The position numbers were made by a program, and so were the translations under genes. Source: Octopus sinensis (lineage: Eukaryota). Taken from it: 64,000 nt of DNA. The stretch is taken from assembly GCF_006345805.1 (NCBI RefSeq), contig NC_042997.1, positions 171,182,001 through 171,246,000 on the forward strand, given 5' to 3'. This document shows, in pieces, positions 25,226 through 39,300 of the stretch. The notes under the pieces were generated by a model. The model saw only the letters and a program-made list of their open reading frames with translations. It did no database searches and was not told the DNA's origin. The stretch's first letter is position 1. Each line of letters begins with the position of its first letter.

Positions 25226-25350
25226 CAATTTCGTGGGTACCATTTACACTGTAAAGCAAAAATAAAAATTTAATTCCTGTTAAAGCCTTCGACTTTTATA
25301 ACTCAGCTGATTCAATACTCAGAGATTCAATACAATTTAAATTATTTTAA

Positions 25351-26186
25351 CCCCTCAATGGATTATCCCGAGTTAACTTGTGCATCACAAATGTACCCTT
25401 CTCGAACCAGATGAGTATACTCGGTCAAAATTAACTTTTAATCTTAGCACTCAAATGAGTTTATTTGTTTTGTGTCATTTCATTTTTGAGCAATCACGAA
25501 TTTGCTCGCGTTGTTTAAAAAAAATACGTATTTTTTCATTTGATAGATTTGGCTATCTGGAATGCTTATGTTTTGTATAAAGCATCTTTGGAAACTTCAG
25601 CTTCTGCTATGAAACCACTGAAATTTAGAATGCAAATAGTCACCTATATTATTGGAAAATATAGGCCCTTATTGCCTTCCACGAAATCAGAAAGACCATC
25701 ATCAAGATTTGCCCCAGCAGGTCACTTTTCCATGGAAATAACACAAAATGATTAGAAAAAGAACCCTACAAGACAGTGTGCAAAATGCGCAGAGAAGAGA
25801 GACGCTAAAGGAAAGAAGATTCGAAGAGAAAGTAGATACATGTGTGATGTCTGCAAGATAAATTTGTGTGTATCTCCTTGTTTTAAAAATTATCATTCTA
25901 AATAAACTGTCTATCTCATTTTTAAAAGATTTTCCTTTGATTTAAAAGCAATACATCTTATAAAAAGTTGAAGATAATTAAGTTATATGTATTTTTTCAA
26001 TGTCCGAGTTAACTCATTTAAATCCAAATGAGTAAAAGTACATTTTAATTTCTATAATAAAAAAATAAAGGAAACAAGGTAAAAACTTTTTTTTGTAATT
26101 AACACAGTGTATATAATTAAAAAAGGAAATAAAAAAATATGCTCTGAAATGAAATGCCATGTCAAAATAATTGATTCATTAAGGGG
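25351..26186 (+). mobile_element. Internally deleted piggyBac transposon
   Basis: TTAA TSDs, TIR cccctcaatg / cattaagggg; C-terminal IDLAIWNAYVLY...RQCAKC...SRYMCDVCKINLCVSPCFKNYH. Confidence 0.93.
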
Positions 26187-27469
26187 TTAATCAAATTGAA
26201 GGACAGTAGTAAAAGAACAAATTTACTTTTATTTTTCGATCTAATAAATAGATTTTGCTGATATATTTCTCAACTTTGATGCATTAAACACATTGGATAA
26301 TAATTGAACTTACTTGTCTCATGAATAAAATAACTTGATTAATTTCATTAATTAATTATGCATTATACAGAGTCTATTGGATTATCAGAAATTTTTAAAT
26401 GTTACCAACAAAGGCACAGCTATGCAAATTAGATTATCCCCTTTCACTGACTCCTGGTTTCTCATCATCATCATCATCATAATTTTAATGTCCATTTCTT
26501 TTCCATGCTTGCATGGGTTGGACAGAGTTTATTGATGCAGATTTTCTATGGTAGAATGCCCTTCCTGTTGCCAGCTCTTACCAATTTGCAAGCAAAATAA
26601 TATTTCCAATGGCCGGACATGTTTTCATAGAATATTAGAAATGAATGACTTTCATTTACAACAACTGCGTGATGTCAAGATGAGGACACACACACACACG
26701 TACATACAGTACAGGCTTCTTTCAGTTTCCATCTACCAAACCCATTCATAAGGCTTTGATTGGCCTTGGGCTATAGTAGAAGATACTTGTCCAAAGTGCC
26801 ATCTAGTTGAGCTGGACCTGAAACCATGTAAAACTTCATAATCACACACCTTTGTATGCACAGTATAAATGGATATAATCTAATCAGTCTCTCTGAAGTT
26901 AGAAAATGTCAGTCCTTGTTTCCCATTCAGTCTCCAAATTGAGATGAAACTAGTCAGCAAAATACACAAGGTTTTCTGTCCACGGAGAGAACAAAAGCAA
27001 TTTTTTTTTTACAGTTGTTCGCATTAGTCACAACAATTTCAAAATTATAGGAGTACCCAATAAAAACTCTATAATGCATAATCAAAAGAAAAAGAAAAAT
27101 GAAAAATGAAAAGAACTGGCAAAATCAGATTTAGCCAGAAACCTGGCACTAAAATGAAACTGAACTCGGAAATAATTATAGTGGTTTATTATTTCTATAC
27201 AGACACCAACCTATTTTATGACAAGAGGTTGTATGCGGTGAATGGATGACCGCCAATTAGATAAGCTCTCTCCAAAACAAGGCTGTGTGACTTGAAACTC
27301 AAAGAAGATTCTTGTGTTATGCTTCCTTAATATCTGCATATACAACACTTTCAATCATTTCCACTTGAGTGGCATGTTTGGGGATTCACCAAATGCATTG
27401 GCTCATTACAGCATGTCACTGAATTATTAATTAATTAATTAATTAATTAATTAATTAATTAATATTAGT

Positions 27470-27920
27470 AATGGTTTCAAATTTTGGTACAAGACCATTG
27501 AGTTCAGAGAAGGGTTTTAGTCGATTACATCAACCCCCTAGACCTCAACTGGTACTTGTTTTATTGGCCCTGAAAGGATGAAAGGCAAAGTCAACCTCAG
27601 TGGAATTTGAACTTGGGACATAAAGGTGGATGAAATACTACTAAGCATTTTCCCTGGAATGCTAACAGTTATGTCAGCTCACCACCTTAATAAATCTTAA
27701 TAATCCCTTCTACTGAAGGCACAAGGCCCGAAATTTTGGAGGAGAGGATTAGTTGATTACATCGACCCCAGTATTTTACTGGTACATAATTTATTGACCC
27801 TGAAAGGATGAAAGACAAAGTTGGCCTCAGTGGAATTTGAACTCAGAGCATAAAGATGGATAAAATTAAGATACTGCGAAGCAGTTTGCCTGATGTGCTA
27901 ATGATTCTGCCAGCTCACTG
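27470..27920 (-). mobile_element. Two adjacent SINE family B copies
   Basis: 27470-27685 and 27705-27920, CpG-decayed. Confidence 0.85.
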
Positions 27921-28849
27921 CTTTAATTAATCTTAATAATACAAGAAACTTAATGGTACTTTTAGTACCAATTGTTGCTATGCAAATAGCTACAGATATT
28001 CGTTTCGGTCAGATCAGCAATGTTAGGTCTTCTATGATTCTCACAGGTGCTTACTGTCTGAAAGATTCAGCTGTCTTTGCAATAAATAATTTGAAAAAAA
28101 TTAAAATTTGTGTCATTTTATTCCAAGTTTTAACCACTGGCTGATGTTGATTTTTGCTGAGTTAGTTTGTTCATTTTCTGAATACTGATAGTGAGAGATT
28201 ACCTAACTACTTATAGAGGAAAGGTCTAACTATTATAATTTGTTACATAATTTACAGCTTCTAAGCCATTATCTTCTAGATTTAATCTTCTAAATGTCTC
28301 AAAATAGTTTACTAGCAGGTAAGTAACATTGAGCTTAAAATAAATTAACAAATACTGAAACCTTTGTATTCATTTTGAATATCTCTCCACCATAACATGC
28401 AAGTTCTTCAAATATACAGCTGGATCATCATCATTTAGCATCTGTTTTCCATGCTGGCATGGGTAGAATGGTTTGACAAGGTCTGTCAAGCCACAGGGCT
28501 GTGTCATATCCCATTGTCCATTTTGGCATGGTTTCTATGGTTGGATGTCCTTGTGTGATTTTTTTTTTTTTTGTGACACCAGCACTTGTGGGGTTACCTA
28601 GTAATTTGCAAGACAAAGAAAAGAAAGGAAAAAGAAATCCCTTAACTGAGTGGGAGTGTATTTGAGAGAGGTAGAGGTGGCTTTATGCTAGAAGTTGAAG
28701 GTTAAAGTATGATTGAGGGACAAACAGGTGTCTTGCTCTAGAGGAGATACATAGTTACCTTACATTATGTGAGAGTAGGTAAAAGTAGCTGGAAGGGGGA
28801 TAAGGGATAAAGATGGTTGTCATTATCATTGTTCGACCGTGGTCGAGAC

Positions 28850-29240
28850 AATGGAATTTACTATGTTACGCTAGACTTCACGGTCCATCATAGCATTACG
28901 GAGGTCCTGTTGCTGGATGCCTGTATATCCCTGGAAATTACATCAGTGTAGGAGAGTGTGCACCCTTTGGTATCGCGAGCAGTTGGCTTCCAGAGGAGAA
29001 GTGGAGAAATTACCTCGTTTTCAGCTCTACAACAATGTCCAGCAAACTGGACTCTCCTACCTTTCACAAGAGATGACACAGGTGGTAGTTTTCCATATAT
29101 TTGTACTTTGGTTGGATGACACTTCCACGAGAGATTTTGAGCTCTCATAAGATGGTTGTGATGGGTTCCAGAGTGTCCTTTCAATGTACAAGAAGGAGAA
29201 TACAGATGGTGGATCAGAAGGGAAGGATCCATAAAAATAA
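28850..29240 (-). mobile_element. RTE-clade LINE C-terminal fragment
   Basis: RRVQFAGHCCRAENEVISPLLLWKP in ORF 28888..29232. Confidence 0.8.
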
Positions 29241-29844
29241 TTATAATTTGATAAAATGGTTAGGGTTTTACTTTTGGGCTCCTTTTGTAACTTATGCTAC
29301 AGGTCCTGCACCAGCTTAATCCCTCTTTGGGGTGAATGCATATGTTAAATATCTATTGCCTGTGCCTTAAAGTGCATGCTGTAATCTTTATTAGAGCATG
29401 TATATTTAAACTTGTATAAATTGAGTTACAAAGATGTATATACATACTTCTCACTGTAAATTCTAGCTATTTAAGTAAAATGAGTGTATGTGTGTATTGT
29501 GTGTGTTTCTGCATGTGTATATGTGTGTGTTTCTGTGTGTGCATATGTATACATATTTGTATATGTATGTACATGGGGGAGGGGACATTTGTATTTATTG
29601 AAATGATGGAGGCAGGTGTTATATACCATATTTGCTGCTGTATAAGAAGCATCTTAGCACAAAACACTTCTAATTTACAAGGATATTTTGCATGACCGCC
29701 CACCCCCCACAATAGATTATTTCAGTATGTTTTCTATTGAAAGTGATTTTTGAAGAGAAAACATGATTTTGTTCATGTAAACGTGGTATATATTTTGAAA
29801 TCAAGTGCAAATCATATACATACATACATACATACATACATACA

Positions 29845-29878
<34 letters not shown>

Positions 29879-30524
29879 CATGCATACATATAAAGTAACA
29901 GTGTAACATCTTACTAGCCTTGAAAAGAAAAATTTAATTTACTATTTATGAAAAATATCATACATTGGTATTTTTTAATACTAGTACATGCAGACAAAGA
30001 AAATATATTGGTAAAAACATGTCACAGAGCAAGCAGTAAAGTACAATAAACCTGAATGAATTTCTATAAATAACAAACAGGCTGACAGAGCAAGTACATA
30101 TTTTATCAATATTAGTACAAATGGAGTAAAAGTAAACAACAAAGTAAATATAAAAAAAAGGAAAAAATGCATTCTAATAGAATCTGGTGTTTCAGTGAAT
30201 AGTGCAGGCTTCATAGTAAATATAGTGATACAATAAATATTAACAGAAGAAAAGTGAACACCAACCAAAGCTTTGTGAGTGGATTTGGTAGGCAGAAGCT
30301 GAGAGAAACCTCACACATCATTAATAATCGATCAAGTATGACTTTCTAGTTTCTCTTTCTGGGGAGCACCTATAGCTCCCCCTGTATATATCCAAAAATC
30401 AGACATTTAGTTATGTATATGTCTATATATATTAACTAATACTTCCTTCAGTTATTGGCCTGCGACCATACTGGAGCATCTAATTATAGCGTTACTCTTG
30501 CTATGGGCAAATGTTTCCAAGGGA

Positions 30525-31128
30525 CCTTTTGGCTGTGTGTTAAGTAGCTTGCTTACCAACCACATGGTTCCGGGTTCAGTCCCACTGCGTGGCATCTTGG
30601 GCAAGTGTCTTCTGCTATAGCCTCGCGCCAACCAAAGCCTTGTGAGTGGATTTGGTAGACGGAAATTGAAAGAAGCCCGTCGTATTTATATATATAACTG
30701 TGCGGGTGGCACGTAAAAAGCACCCACTACACTCACGGAGTGGTTGGCGTTAGGAAGGGCATCCAGCCGTAGAAACACTGCCAGATCTGACTGGGCCTGA
30801 TGAAGCCTTCCAGCTTCACAGACCCCAGTTGAACCGTCCAACCCATGCTTGCATGGAAAACGGACGCTAAATGATGATGATGATGATGATATATATATAT
30901 ATGTATATGTTTGTGTATCTGTGTTTGTCCCTTCAACATTGCTTGACAACCGATGCTGGTGTGTTTACGTCCCTGTAACTTAGCGGTTCGACAAAAGAGA
31001 CCAATACAATAAGTACTAAGCTCACAGGCTTACAAAGAATAAGCCCTGGGGTTGATTTGCTCGACTAAAGGCAGTGCTCCAGCATGGCCACAGTAAAATG
31101 ACAGAAACAAGTAAAAGAGTAAAAGAGT
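30525..31128 (+). mobile_element. SINE family A with an RTE 3' fragment (30697-30890) inserted in its internal TA microsatellite
   Basis: SINE halves flank ggtggcacgtaaaaagcaccc...gatgatgat. Confidence 0.88.
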
Positions 31129-31146
31129 ATAGTAAAAAAAATAAGG

Positions 31147-31380
31147 TGGGGAGCTGGCAGAAATGTTAGTACGCCGGGTGAAATGCTTAGCAGTATTTCG
31201 TCTGCCGCTATGTTCTAAGTCCAAATTCTGCCGAGGTCAACTTTGCCTTTCATCCTTTCGGGATCTATCAAATAAGTACCAGTTACACACTGGGGTCGAT
31301 ATAATCGACTTAATCTGTTTGTCTATCCTTGTTTGTCCCCTCTGTGTGTAGCCCCTTGTGGGCAGTAAAGAAATAAGAAA
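31147..31380 (+). mobile_element. SINE family B, tail type 1
   Basis: Full copy ending gcagtaaagaaata. Confidence 0.9.
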
Positions 31381-31959
31381 CTGAGAGAAACATGTCGCAC
31401 CCATGTGCGCATGTGTGTGTTTGTGTGTGTGTGTGTGTGTGTATGTGTGTGCGCATGTGTGCTTGTATGAGTGTGTCACTTTGTGTTTCTATGTCTTGAT
31501 ATCGTATGATTGTTGTTAAATGAATGTCACTCATTTCCAGTATTCTGAGGAAACATACTTGGCCAGCCACAGGGAATTATTATCTTCTTTGGAAGCAGGT
31601 ATGAGTTGGTGATAGTAAGGTCATTTGGCTGTAGAAAATCTGCCTCAATATACTCTGACCCATACAGGTATAGAAAAATGGATGTTAGAATGATGATGGT
31701 TTGGATTATCTTAATATGCAAAAACCTAAGAAATCATCATCTTCAGAATTCAGTAAACCAATATACTCAAAACCTGAACTCTCATTTTCATTACTGGCAT
31801 CCATAATTACACACTCCACCTGTATTTCTTTGCATTAGGATCTGGTTCATCAATATTTTCTTAAAATAATAAGTCAACCACAATACTATCAGAAGCGTTA
31901 CTAATGTTATAATTTTCTTTTTTTCTTTTTTCAACTATTTTATAATTACCTTTTTTATA

Positions 31960-32190
31960 GCATTCCATGAACTTTTTCCTCAGTCACACACCTGCGTAAT
32001 AAGCCTCTTCCTTCTTCCAACAAGTGTCATTTCAAAATCTGCAGCTTGCATCTGTATGTTCCACTCTTCCTTCAAGAACCTTTGAAATGGTTTATTGGTT
32101 CGAGATACATAAAAGCTACAAGTAACTGGTCAGATCTGGTATTACAGTTAACTCAGCCGGTGGAATTCTGCTTTAAGCTCCTCATATAAC
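31960..32190 (-). pseudogene. pogo-like DDE transposase remnant
   Basis: Manual translation NKPFQRFLKEEWNIQMQAADFEMTLVGRRKRLITQVCD*GKSSW. Confidence 0.7.
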
Positions 32191-32417
32191 CCCTCATAAC
32201 TTTTATTTTTTAGGAGTTTTCAGAAAATTTTTGCAAATTTGTGTTCTGCTCATGGGAATTAATATGATTATGCAACCCCCCCCCCAATCTTTTGTGTGTG
32301 GTTTTGTGTGTTATTTAGCTGTTATTTTTAGCATGATCACTTAATAGCTTCCTTGTTCCTTTGTCACTCTGATGTATTGATGTTTTTCAATATCTTTCTC
32401 CCCATAAACACATTTAA

Positions 32418-32634
32418 CCCTTTTGATACCAAACCAACTGAAACCACCTCTGGCTCTGTAGCACAAATGTCTTGTTTTCATAAGTTTTGAATTAAAATCT
32501 TCCACCAAAACTTAGTCACAATTTATGTTCCTTAACTTAATGATAATGAAGTTATTTTACTAAATTCTTAGTTATATTTAAGATTAATTGAAAGAAACAC
32601 AGAGCATCTCAAAATAAATACGGTAATGAAAGGG
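32418..32634. mobile_element. piggyBac-like MITE
   Basis: TTAA-ccctttt...gaaaggg-TTAA; related pieces at 32895-33210 and 35655-36440. Confidence 0.75.
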
Positions 32635-33214
32635 TTAATGGTCTTTTACTGGGATTTAAGTAAAAATTTCAGACTGTCTTAAAAAAAAAAATTGAAAATC
32701 CCCTAAAGCAAAAATCTTTTTAAAATTCGAAAAATTAATAACATTTTTTTTCATAGTCATATGAATTCCTGTGTGTAGAACACAAGTATGCAAAAGTTTC
32801 TGAAAATATCAAAAAATAAAAAAAATTATGAGGAGTTAAATGGCATGCTTAAAGCAGAGTTATGCCACTCAGTCTTCATTTGTCCAACTCTCCTTTTGAC
32901 CCTTTTGATACCAACACACCGAAGATTGACCCCGGATCTATAATACAAATTTCATGTATTAAAATTATCTATATTAAGAACTTCCATCAAAATTTCAACT
33001 TAGTCTATGTTCCAAACACCAGCTGATCCTTTCTACAAAAGGCACAAAGCCTGAAATATTTGTGGGAAAGAGACCAGTTGATTACATCAACCCCAGTGAT
33101 TCACTGGTACTTAATTTATCAACCCCAAAAGGACGAAAGGTAAAGTCGACCTCGGTGGTGTTTGAATTCAGAACATTAAAACACCAGCTTAATAATGACA
33201 ATTATTTTACTATA

Positions 33215-33830
33215 TCCTTAAATCAAAATCGATGAACATCAATGGAATTTGTAGTTTTGTGGTACCAGTGCCGGTGGCACATAAGAAAACCATCCGAACG
33301 TGGCCGTAGCCAGTACCGCATCGACTGGCCTCCGTGCTGGTGGCACGTAACAAACACCATCCGATCGTGGCCGTGCCAGCCTCGCCTAGCCTCCGTGCCG
33401 GTGGCACGTAAAAAACACGATCCGAGCGTGGCTGTTCGCCAGCCTCGTCTGGCATCTGTGTCCGTGGCACATAAAAAACACCATCCGAGCGTGGCCATTT
33501 GCCAGCCTTGTCTGGCACCTGTGTCGGTGGCACATAAAAAACACCATCCGAGCATGGCCATTCGCCAGCCTCGTCTGGCACCTGTGTCGGTGGCACATAA
33601 AAAACACCATCCGAGCGTGGCCGTTCGCCAGCCTCGTCTGGCGCCTGTGTCGGTGGCACATAAAAAGCACCCACTACACTCACGGAGTGGTTGGCGTTAG
33701 GAAGGGCATCCAGCTGTAGAAACACTGCCAGATCTGACTGGCCTGGTGCAGCCTTCGGGCTTCCCAGACCCCAGTTGAACCGTCCAACCCATGCTAGCAT
33801 GGAAAGCGGATGTTAAACGATGATGATGAT
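33215..33830 (+). mobile_element. RTE LINE 3'UTR copy with about 61-bp internal tandem units
   Basis: Matches the reverse complement of 56264-56760; (gat)n tail. Confidence 0.9.
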
Positions 33831-34249
33831 TTTCAAAATGAATTGAAGCAAAGATGTTTTAATTAATTTTGCTTCATCCTTCCATCTAGCTATCGCAGTC
33901 CTGATATCATCACACCCTTCTGAACCCCTTCTTGATCACATCTGTGAATGTCCATGTCCATACCCTAGGTTAGTAAGTACTCTTGATACTTATACAGTTG
34001 CTCCTCTCACCCACATCTGGCATTGCTCTACTGCTATTTCCCCCTCTCTGGTCTACATGTCTTAGTTTACAATGTAAACTCTATATTGTCCTGTGTACAA
34101 AACATCATTTTTCTTGCACTGGTATCATAACGGAAAGCTGAAAATTGTGCTTTGAGTGAATGATGGTTAAGACAATCTCTCAAGTGATGGGCACATTTTT
34201 GTGCCCAGTACACATGGTAAATTGGTTAGGAAATGAGCAGAGAATGCAT

Positions 34250-34640
34250 AGGCGTAGGAGTGGTTGTGTGGCAAGCAGCTTGCTTACGAACCACATGGTT
34301 CTGGGTTCAGTCTTACTGCATGGCACCTTGGGCAAGTGTCTTCTACGATAGCCTCTGGCCAACCAAAGTCTTGTGAGTGAAAGAAGCCTGTCGTATATAT
34401 GTATATATATATATATGTGTGTGTATAAGTTTGTGTGTCTGTGTTTGTCCCCCACAACATCACTTGACAACTGATGCTGGTGTGTTTATGTCCCCGTAAC
34501 TTAGTGGTTCGGCAAAAGAGACCGATAGAATAAGTACTAGACTCACAAAGAATAAGTCCTGGGGTCGATTTGCTCAAATAAAGGCGGTGTTCCTGCATGT
34601 CTACAGTCAAATGACTGAAACAAGTAAAAGAGTAAAAGAA
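34250..34640 (+). mobile_element. SINE family A
   Basis: Full, CpG-decayed copy. Confidence 0.88.
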
Positions 34641-35874
34641 TACTCTGTGGTCCCTTCATTCAACTTCCCAAGTCTTGGGAACATGAGAAAACACTTAGTA
34701 CACTCTATAAAGTGGCTGGTTGTAGGAAGGGCATCTATCTAGACATAAAAACCTAGCCAAATGGCATATGAACATCCAACTACAAGAGCAGCAGCTCCCA
34801 TTAAGAAATTACTTACACTGTGATGACCTAGACTGAAATGATGTTGGTTTTCATAGCCTTCCTATCTCCACTCCTGCTCACTCTTCTCCAATGCATTCAT
34901 ATCTTCTCACCTCCTTAACTCTTTATTCTGACTGGTGTGTGTGTGTGTGTGTGTGTTTCAAGTTGTCAGCAAGTGTTGTGCATCAAGATGGTTGAAAGTT
35001 TGCATAGGGACGCATCTGTTGAAGGAAAAGGCTGTGGCCTGTGTAATTTTTTCTGATAACTTTACAAAAAATTTTAGTTTAATAATAATGAATGTGTATT
35101 TAATACAGAAGAATGTTTGAACTTTCTGCAATGGAAACGGAAAAACGAGAGAGAGTAAACATGAATATATTTAAGTGGTAGTGGTGGTGAGAAAACAATT
35201 ATAATCAATTGTATTCTATATTGATGTTCACTGCCCATTTTAGTGTAAATATAGGAATCTTTTCTTTTTTTTTTTGTATGTATATAAATATAGAAAAATG
35301 CTTTTGAATATATATTTTCTACGAACAAAAATTGATTTTGTAAATTGAAAAATTTTTCAGTGTGGCTAAGGCAACTTTATTTTGGAAATCGGAATAGTCT
35401 ATATTTAAATACAAGAGATGAGAGAAAAAAGAAAAAAAAAACGTTTTATGATGTTGAATTGGTTTTATTTCATATCTGTTTCTATGTCACTCATGTATAT
35501 TGTCATTTAAGAAAAAAATGTTTGTTTCATTCCTCTAAAGCATTTTTGTATATGTGTATAAATATGTCAGTGAGGTGATGAGGAAAAACAATTATGATTA
35601 ATTGTAATTTTGTATTGGTGTTCATTGAATTCTGATTATATTGTCTGCAGATGTTTTACCCTTTAGCATTCAGATTACTCTGTCAAATGTAATGCTTATT
35701 TATTCACATTGTTTTGAATTGACCCTTTAACATTCAAACTGGCCATAATATCCAGCCCAAATTTTCTACCTGATTTATGTTCAAACTGACCCAGCCCAGG
35801 CTTCCCACATCTACCCTACATGTCATTCTAAAAATAAACAATCACATCATTGAAATCTCAAAGCTACAAGATAA

Positions 35875-36210
35875 GTGAAGGCGTATGGCTCAGTGGTTAG
35901 AGCGTCGAGCTTACACTCATGAGGTTGTGAGTTCAAATCCTAGACCGGGCTGCATGTTGTGTTCTTGATCAAGACATTTTATTTCACATTGCTCCAGTTC
36001 ACTCACCTGTACAAATGAGTTGCGGTGTCACAAGTGCCATGGTGTATCTGCTGTTACCTTTCCCTTGGATAACACTGGTGACATGGAGAGGGGAGGCCAG
36101 TATGCATGGGCGACTGTTGGTCTTCCATAAACAACTTTGCCTGGACTTGTGCCTGGTTGAGTAACTTTCTAGGTGCAATCCCATGGTCAGTCATGACCGA
36201 AGGGGGTCTC
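35875..36210 (+). mobile_element. SINE family E
   Basis: Same head and body as 20095-20432. Confidence 0.88.
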
Positions 36211-36879
36211 AATAACAAGATAATGTGTGATTAATTGCAAACAATTTGAATAAATAAGTATTACATCTAACAGAATAATACGAATGCTAAAGGATTAGCT
36301 TTCAGATTTTGATGTGATTATATATTTTTATCATGACATTGTAGGGTAAGTTTGAGAGGCTAGATTTGGTCAGTTTGAGCATAAAACAGGCAAGATATTT
36401 GGGCCAGATATGGCTGGTTTGACTACTAATAGGTTAAGCAGTTTAGAGTTGCAGGGTGGGTTATATGTCACAGATTATGCTATTCTTTTCAGGACTGCAT
36501 GCTACTATTTTTTAATATTGTGAGCAAGGTGTCACATTAAAAATCTCATTAAACATCATATCAGTTTCAAATTTTAGCACAAGGCCAGCAATTGTGAGGA
36601 AAGGGTAAGTTAAGTTCATCAATCCAGTGCTTTTATTGATCTTGAATGGATGAAAGTCAAAGTTGACCTTGACGGAATTTGAACCTAAAATGTAAAGACA
36701 TGAAATGCCACTAAACATTTGTCTGGTGTGCTGTTTAAAACACGAAGAAAAATGTATAAAAAAAAACATTTGAATAAAAAAAAGTTAGAGATTTATATGA
36801 GATGTTACCATACAAAGTTAGTTTTACAATATTTATAAGACAAACAGAAAATGTAACACATGTCAGTCTATTAAAATTG

Positions 36880-39300
36880 CTATTTATTACCAATAGAGTT
36901 CGTGTAGGTTTCCATCTTAGCTGTAAGTTGTTGAAAATCTGACTGATATGTAGTCAAGTTTGTACAAATTAGCTCTGTTAGGTGATGGTTTGTAAGGTCT
37001 GCACAATGCTTCGATTTCACAAACTTCATTACAGAGTACAGTGATTCACAGCAGTATGTTGTACTGATAATTAAGATGAGCCACACACTAGCTTTCTTTA
37101 GATCAGAATATTTTATTTTTGAAACTTGTTTCCAGAGCTCAGTTGTAGATTAAGATTTATGGATAGACCCAAGTCCTCCTATAATTCTATTAGTTCCATT
37201 TCTACAACCGATGATTCCATGATTTGAGTTTTGAAGATTGGACAACCATCATTGACCTCATCAGCTTCATCTTCTGCAAGTCATCAAACCTGGCTGAAAA
37301 ATTATCAAGCAGTCCTTATTTATGTTTGGGATCTTCCAGTTTGTGGTCTTTTATTTCAATATCAGGAAATGTATTTATTCTTCTTTTGAGATTGGAGAAG
37401 TGACTGAAATTTCTTGATAATATAATCTCTTTGAAAATCTCTTATTTATTTTATTCTGGAAGCTGCAAAATCATCTGAGTGAAATCGGAAATAATCTTAT
37501 CCTTCTCTTGAAGTGCTAATCTGAGAGTTTGTAGACAACTCATTGTATCTATATAGAACATCTGATCTTGCATACATTCATCATTTTCTATTTGAGGCAA
37601 GGATCTTTTGTTTTCTTCAAGAAAAGAAATAACAGGCTCTAACATTCACAAGCCTATTCAAAGAATTGCTGGTTGATAGCCACCTCACAGTACAATAGAA
37701 AGATGCATCACTGGGTTCATCTTCAAGCTCCAATTCTTCAATAAAATTTCTGAGCTGTTGATGGTTCTTCCCATTTAAGCACATGAAATTCACAATTTCA
37801 AGAACAGTTTTCATAACATCTTCATGCTAGAAGTATTTAGCTACCATGTAGTCTCAATGAATAAGGAGAGGCTCTGGAAAGCTGAAATCCTTTTTCATAA
37901 GTGCAATTAATTCTGTGTTCTCTGCGAGCATTGCAGAAGCTCCGTCTTTTGCAAGACTGACAAGTTTATTTAGTGAAACACCAGCATTTGTTAAAGCTCA
38001 GGCAAATGTATTTTTCATGTCGACATCATGAGTTGCTTTTTTTAATCCCAGCAAATCTAACATCTCTTCTTTCACAATTATCTCAGAAGAAACATAATGA
38101 ACAACTACTGCCAGTCGTGGATTATCTCGTACATCAGTTGATTCATCAATTACTAAACTAAATGCAAGGGAACATGTGAAATCATTTTCCGTTTTGCTTG
38201 CAACATCAGCACAGATATGAGAGATACACCTCATATGTAGTGTGGCATGAAACTGGTGTTTGTGATGGTGGCCAGCTGGCAGAATCATTAGCACACCGGG
38301 CAAGATGCTTAGTGGTATTTCGTTATGTTCTGAGTTCAAATTCCACCGGGGATGACTTTGCCTTTCATCCTTTCGGGGTCGATAAATTAAGTACCAGTTA
38401 CGCACTGGGGTCGATGTAATCGACTTAATCCCTTTGTCTGTCCTTGTTTGTCCCCTCTATGTTTAGCCCCTTGTGGGTAATAAAGAAATAGGTATTTTGT
38501 CTGACGTTACATTCTGAGTTCAAATTCCGCCGGAGTTGACTTTGCCTTTCATCCTTTTGGGGTCGATAAATTAAGTACCAGTTATGCACTGGGGTCGATG
38601 TAATCGACTTAATCCCTTTGTCTGTCCTTGTTTGTCCCCTCTATGTTTAGCCCCTTGTGGGTAATAAAGAAATAGGTATTTTGTCTGACGTTACGTTCTG
38701 AGTTCAAATTCCACCGGGGATGACTTTGCCTTTCATCCTTTTGGGGTCGATAAATTAAGTACCAGTTATGCACTGGGGTCGATGTAATCGACTTAATCCC
38801 TTTGTCTGTCCTTGTTTGTCCCCTCTATGTTTAGCCCCTTGTGGGTAATAAAGAAATAGGTATTTTGTCTGACGTTACGTTCTGAGTTCAAATTCCACCG
38901 GGGATGACTTTGCCTTTCATCCTTTTGGGGTCGATAAATTAAGTACCAGTTATGCACTGGGGTCGATGTAATCGACTTAATCCCTTTGTCTGTCCTTGTT
39001 TGTCCCTCTATGTTTAGCCCTTTGTGGGTAATAAAGAAATATGAAACTGGTGTTTGTGCTATTAGTTGCTGAAATTTTGTGATATTTGGATCTAAAACTG
39101 CTACATCAGCTGTATTCTTTTCAACAAATTTTCCATCAGATTCTGAGCATTTATTCCATGATATAACAAAATTTGCCTCAGTCATTGTATTGGCTTTCTT
39201 GTTGAATATTATCAACAGTAACTGCTGGTTATTTAGTGAAGATTTTAACAAGGTTAACTTGATTTTCCTTAATTCTTATTTAGGTGGATAACCATGTGGA
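36880..39300 (-). pseudogene. hAT transposase remnant (GTF2IRD2/Charlie-Buster-like), interrupted by a SINE multimer
   Basis: FSLVIDESTDV..LAVVVHYV; FYCTVRWLS; STTYCCESLYSVMKFVKSKH..LT..HL. Confidence 0.9.
38265..39040 (+). mobile_element. SINE family B head-to-tail tetramer (184-bp period) inside one 18-bp TSD
   Basis: TSD atgaaactggtgtttgtg at 38247-38264 and 39041-39058. Confidence 0.95.
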
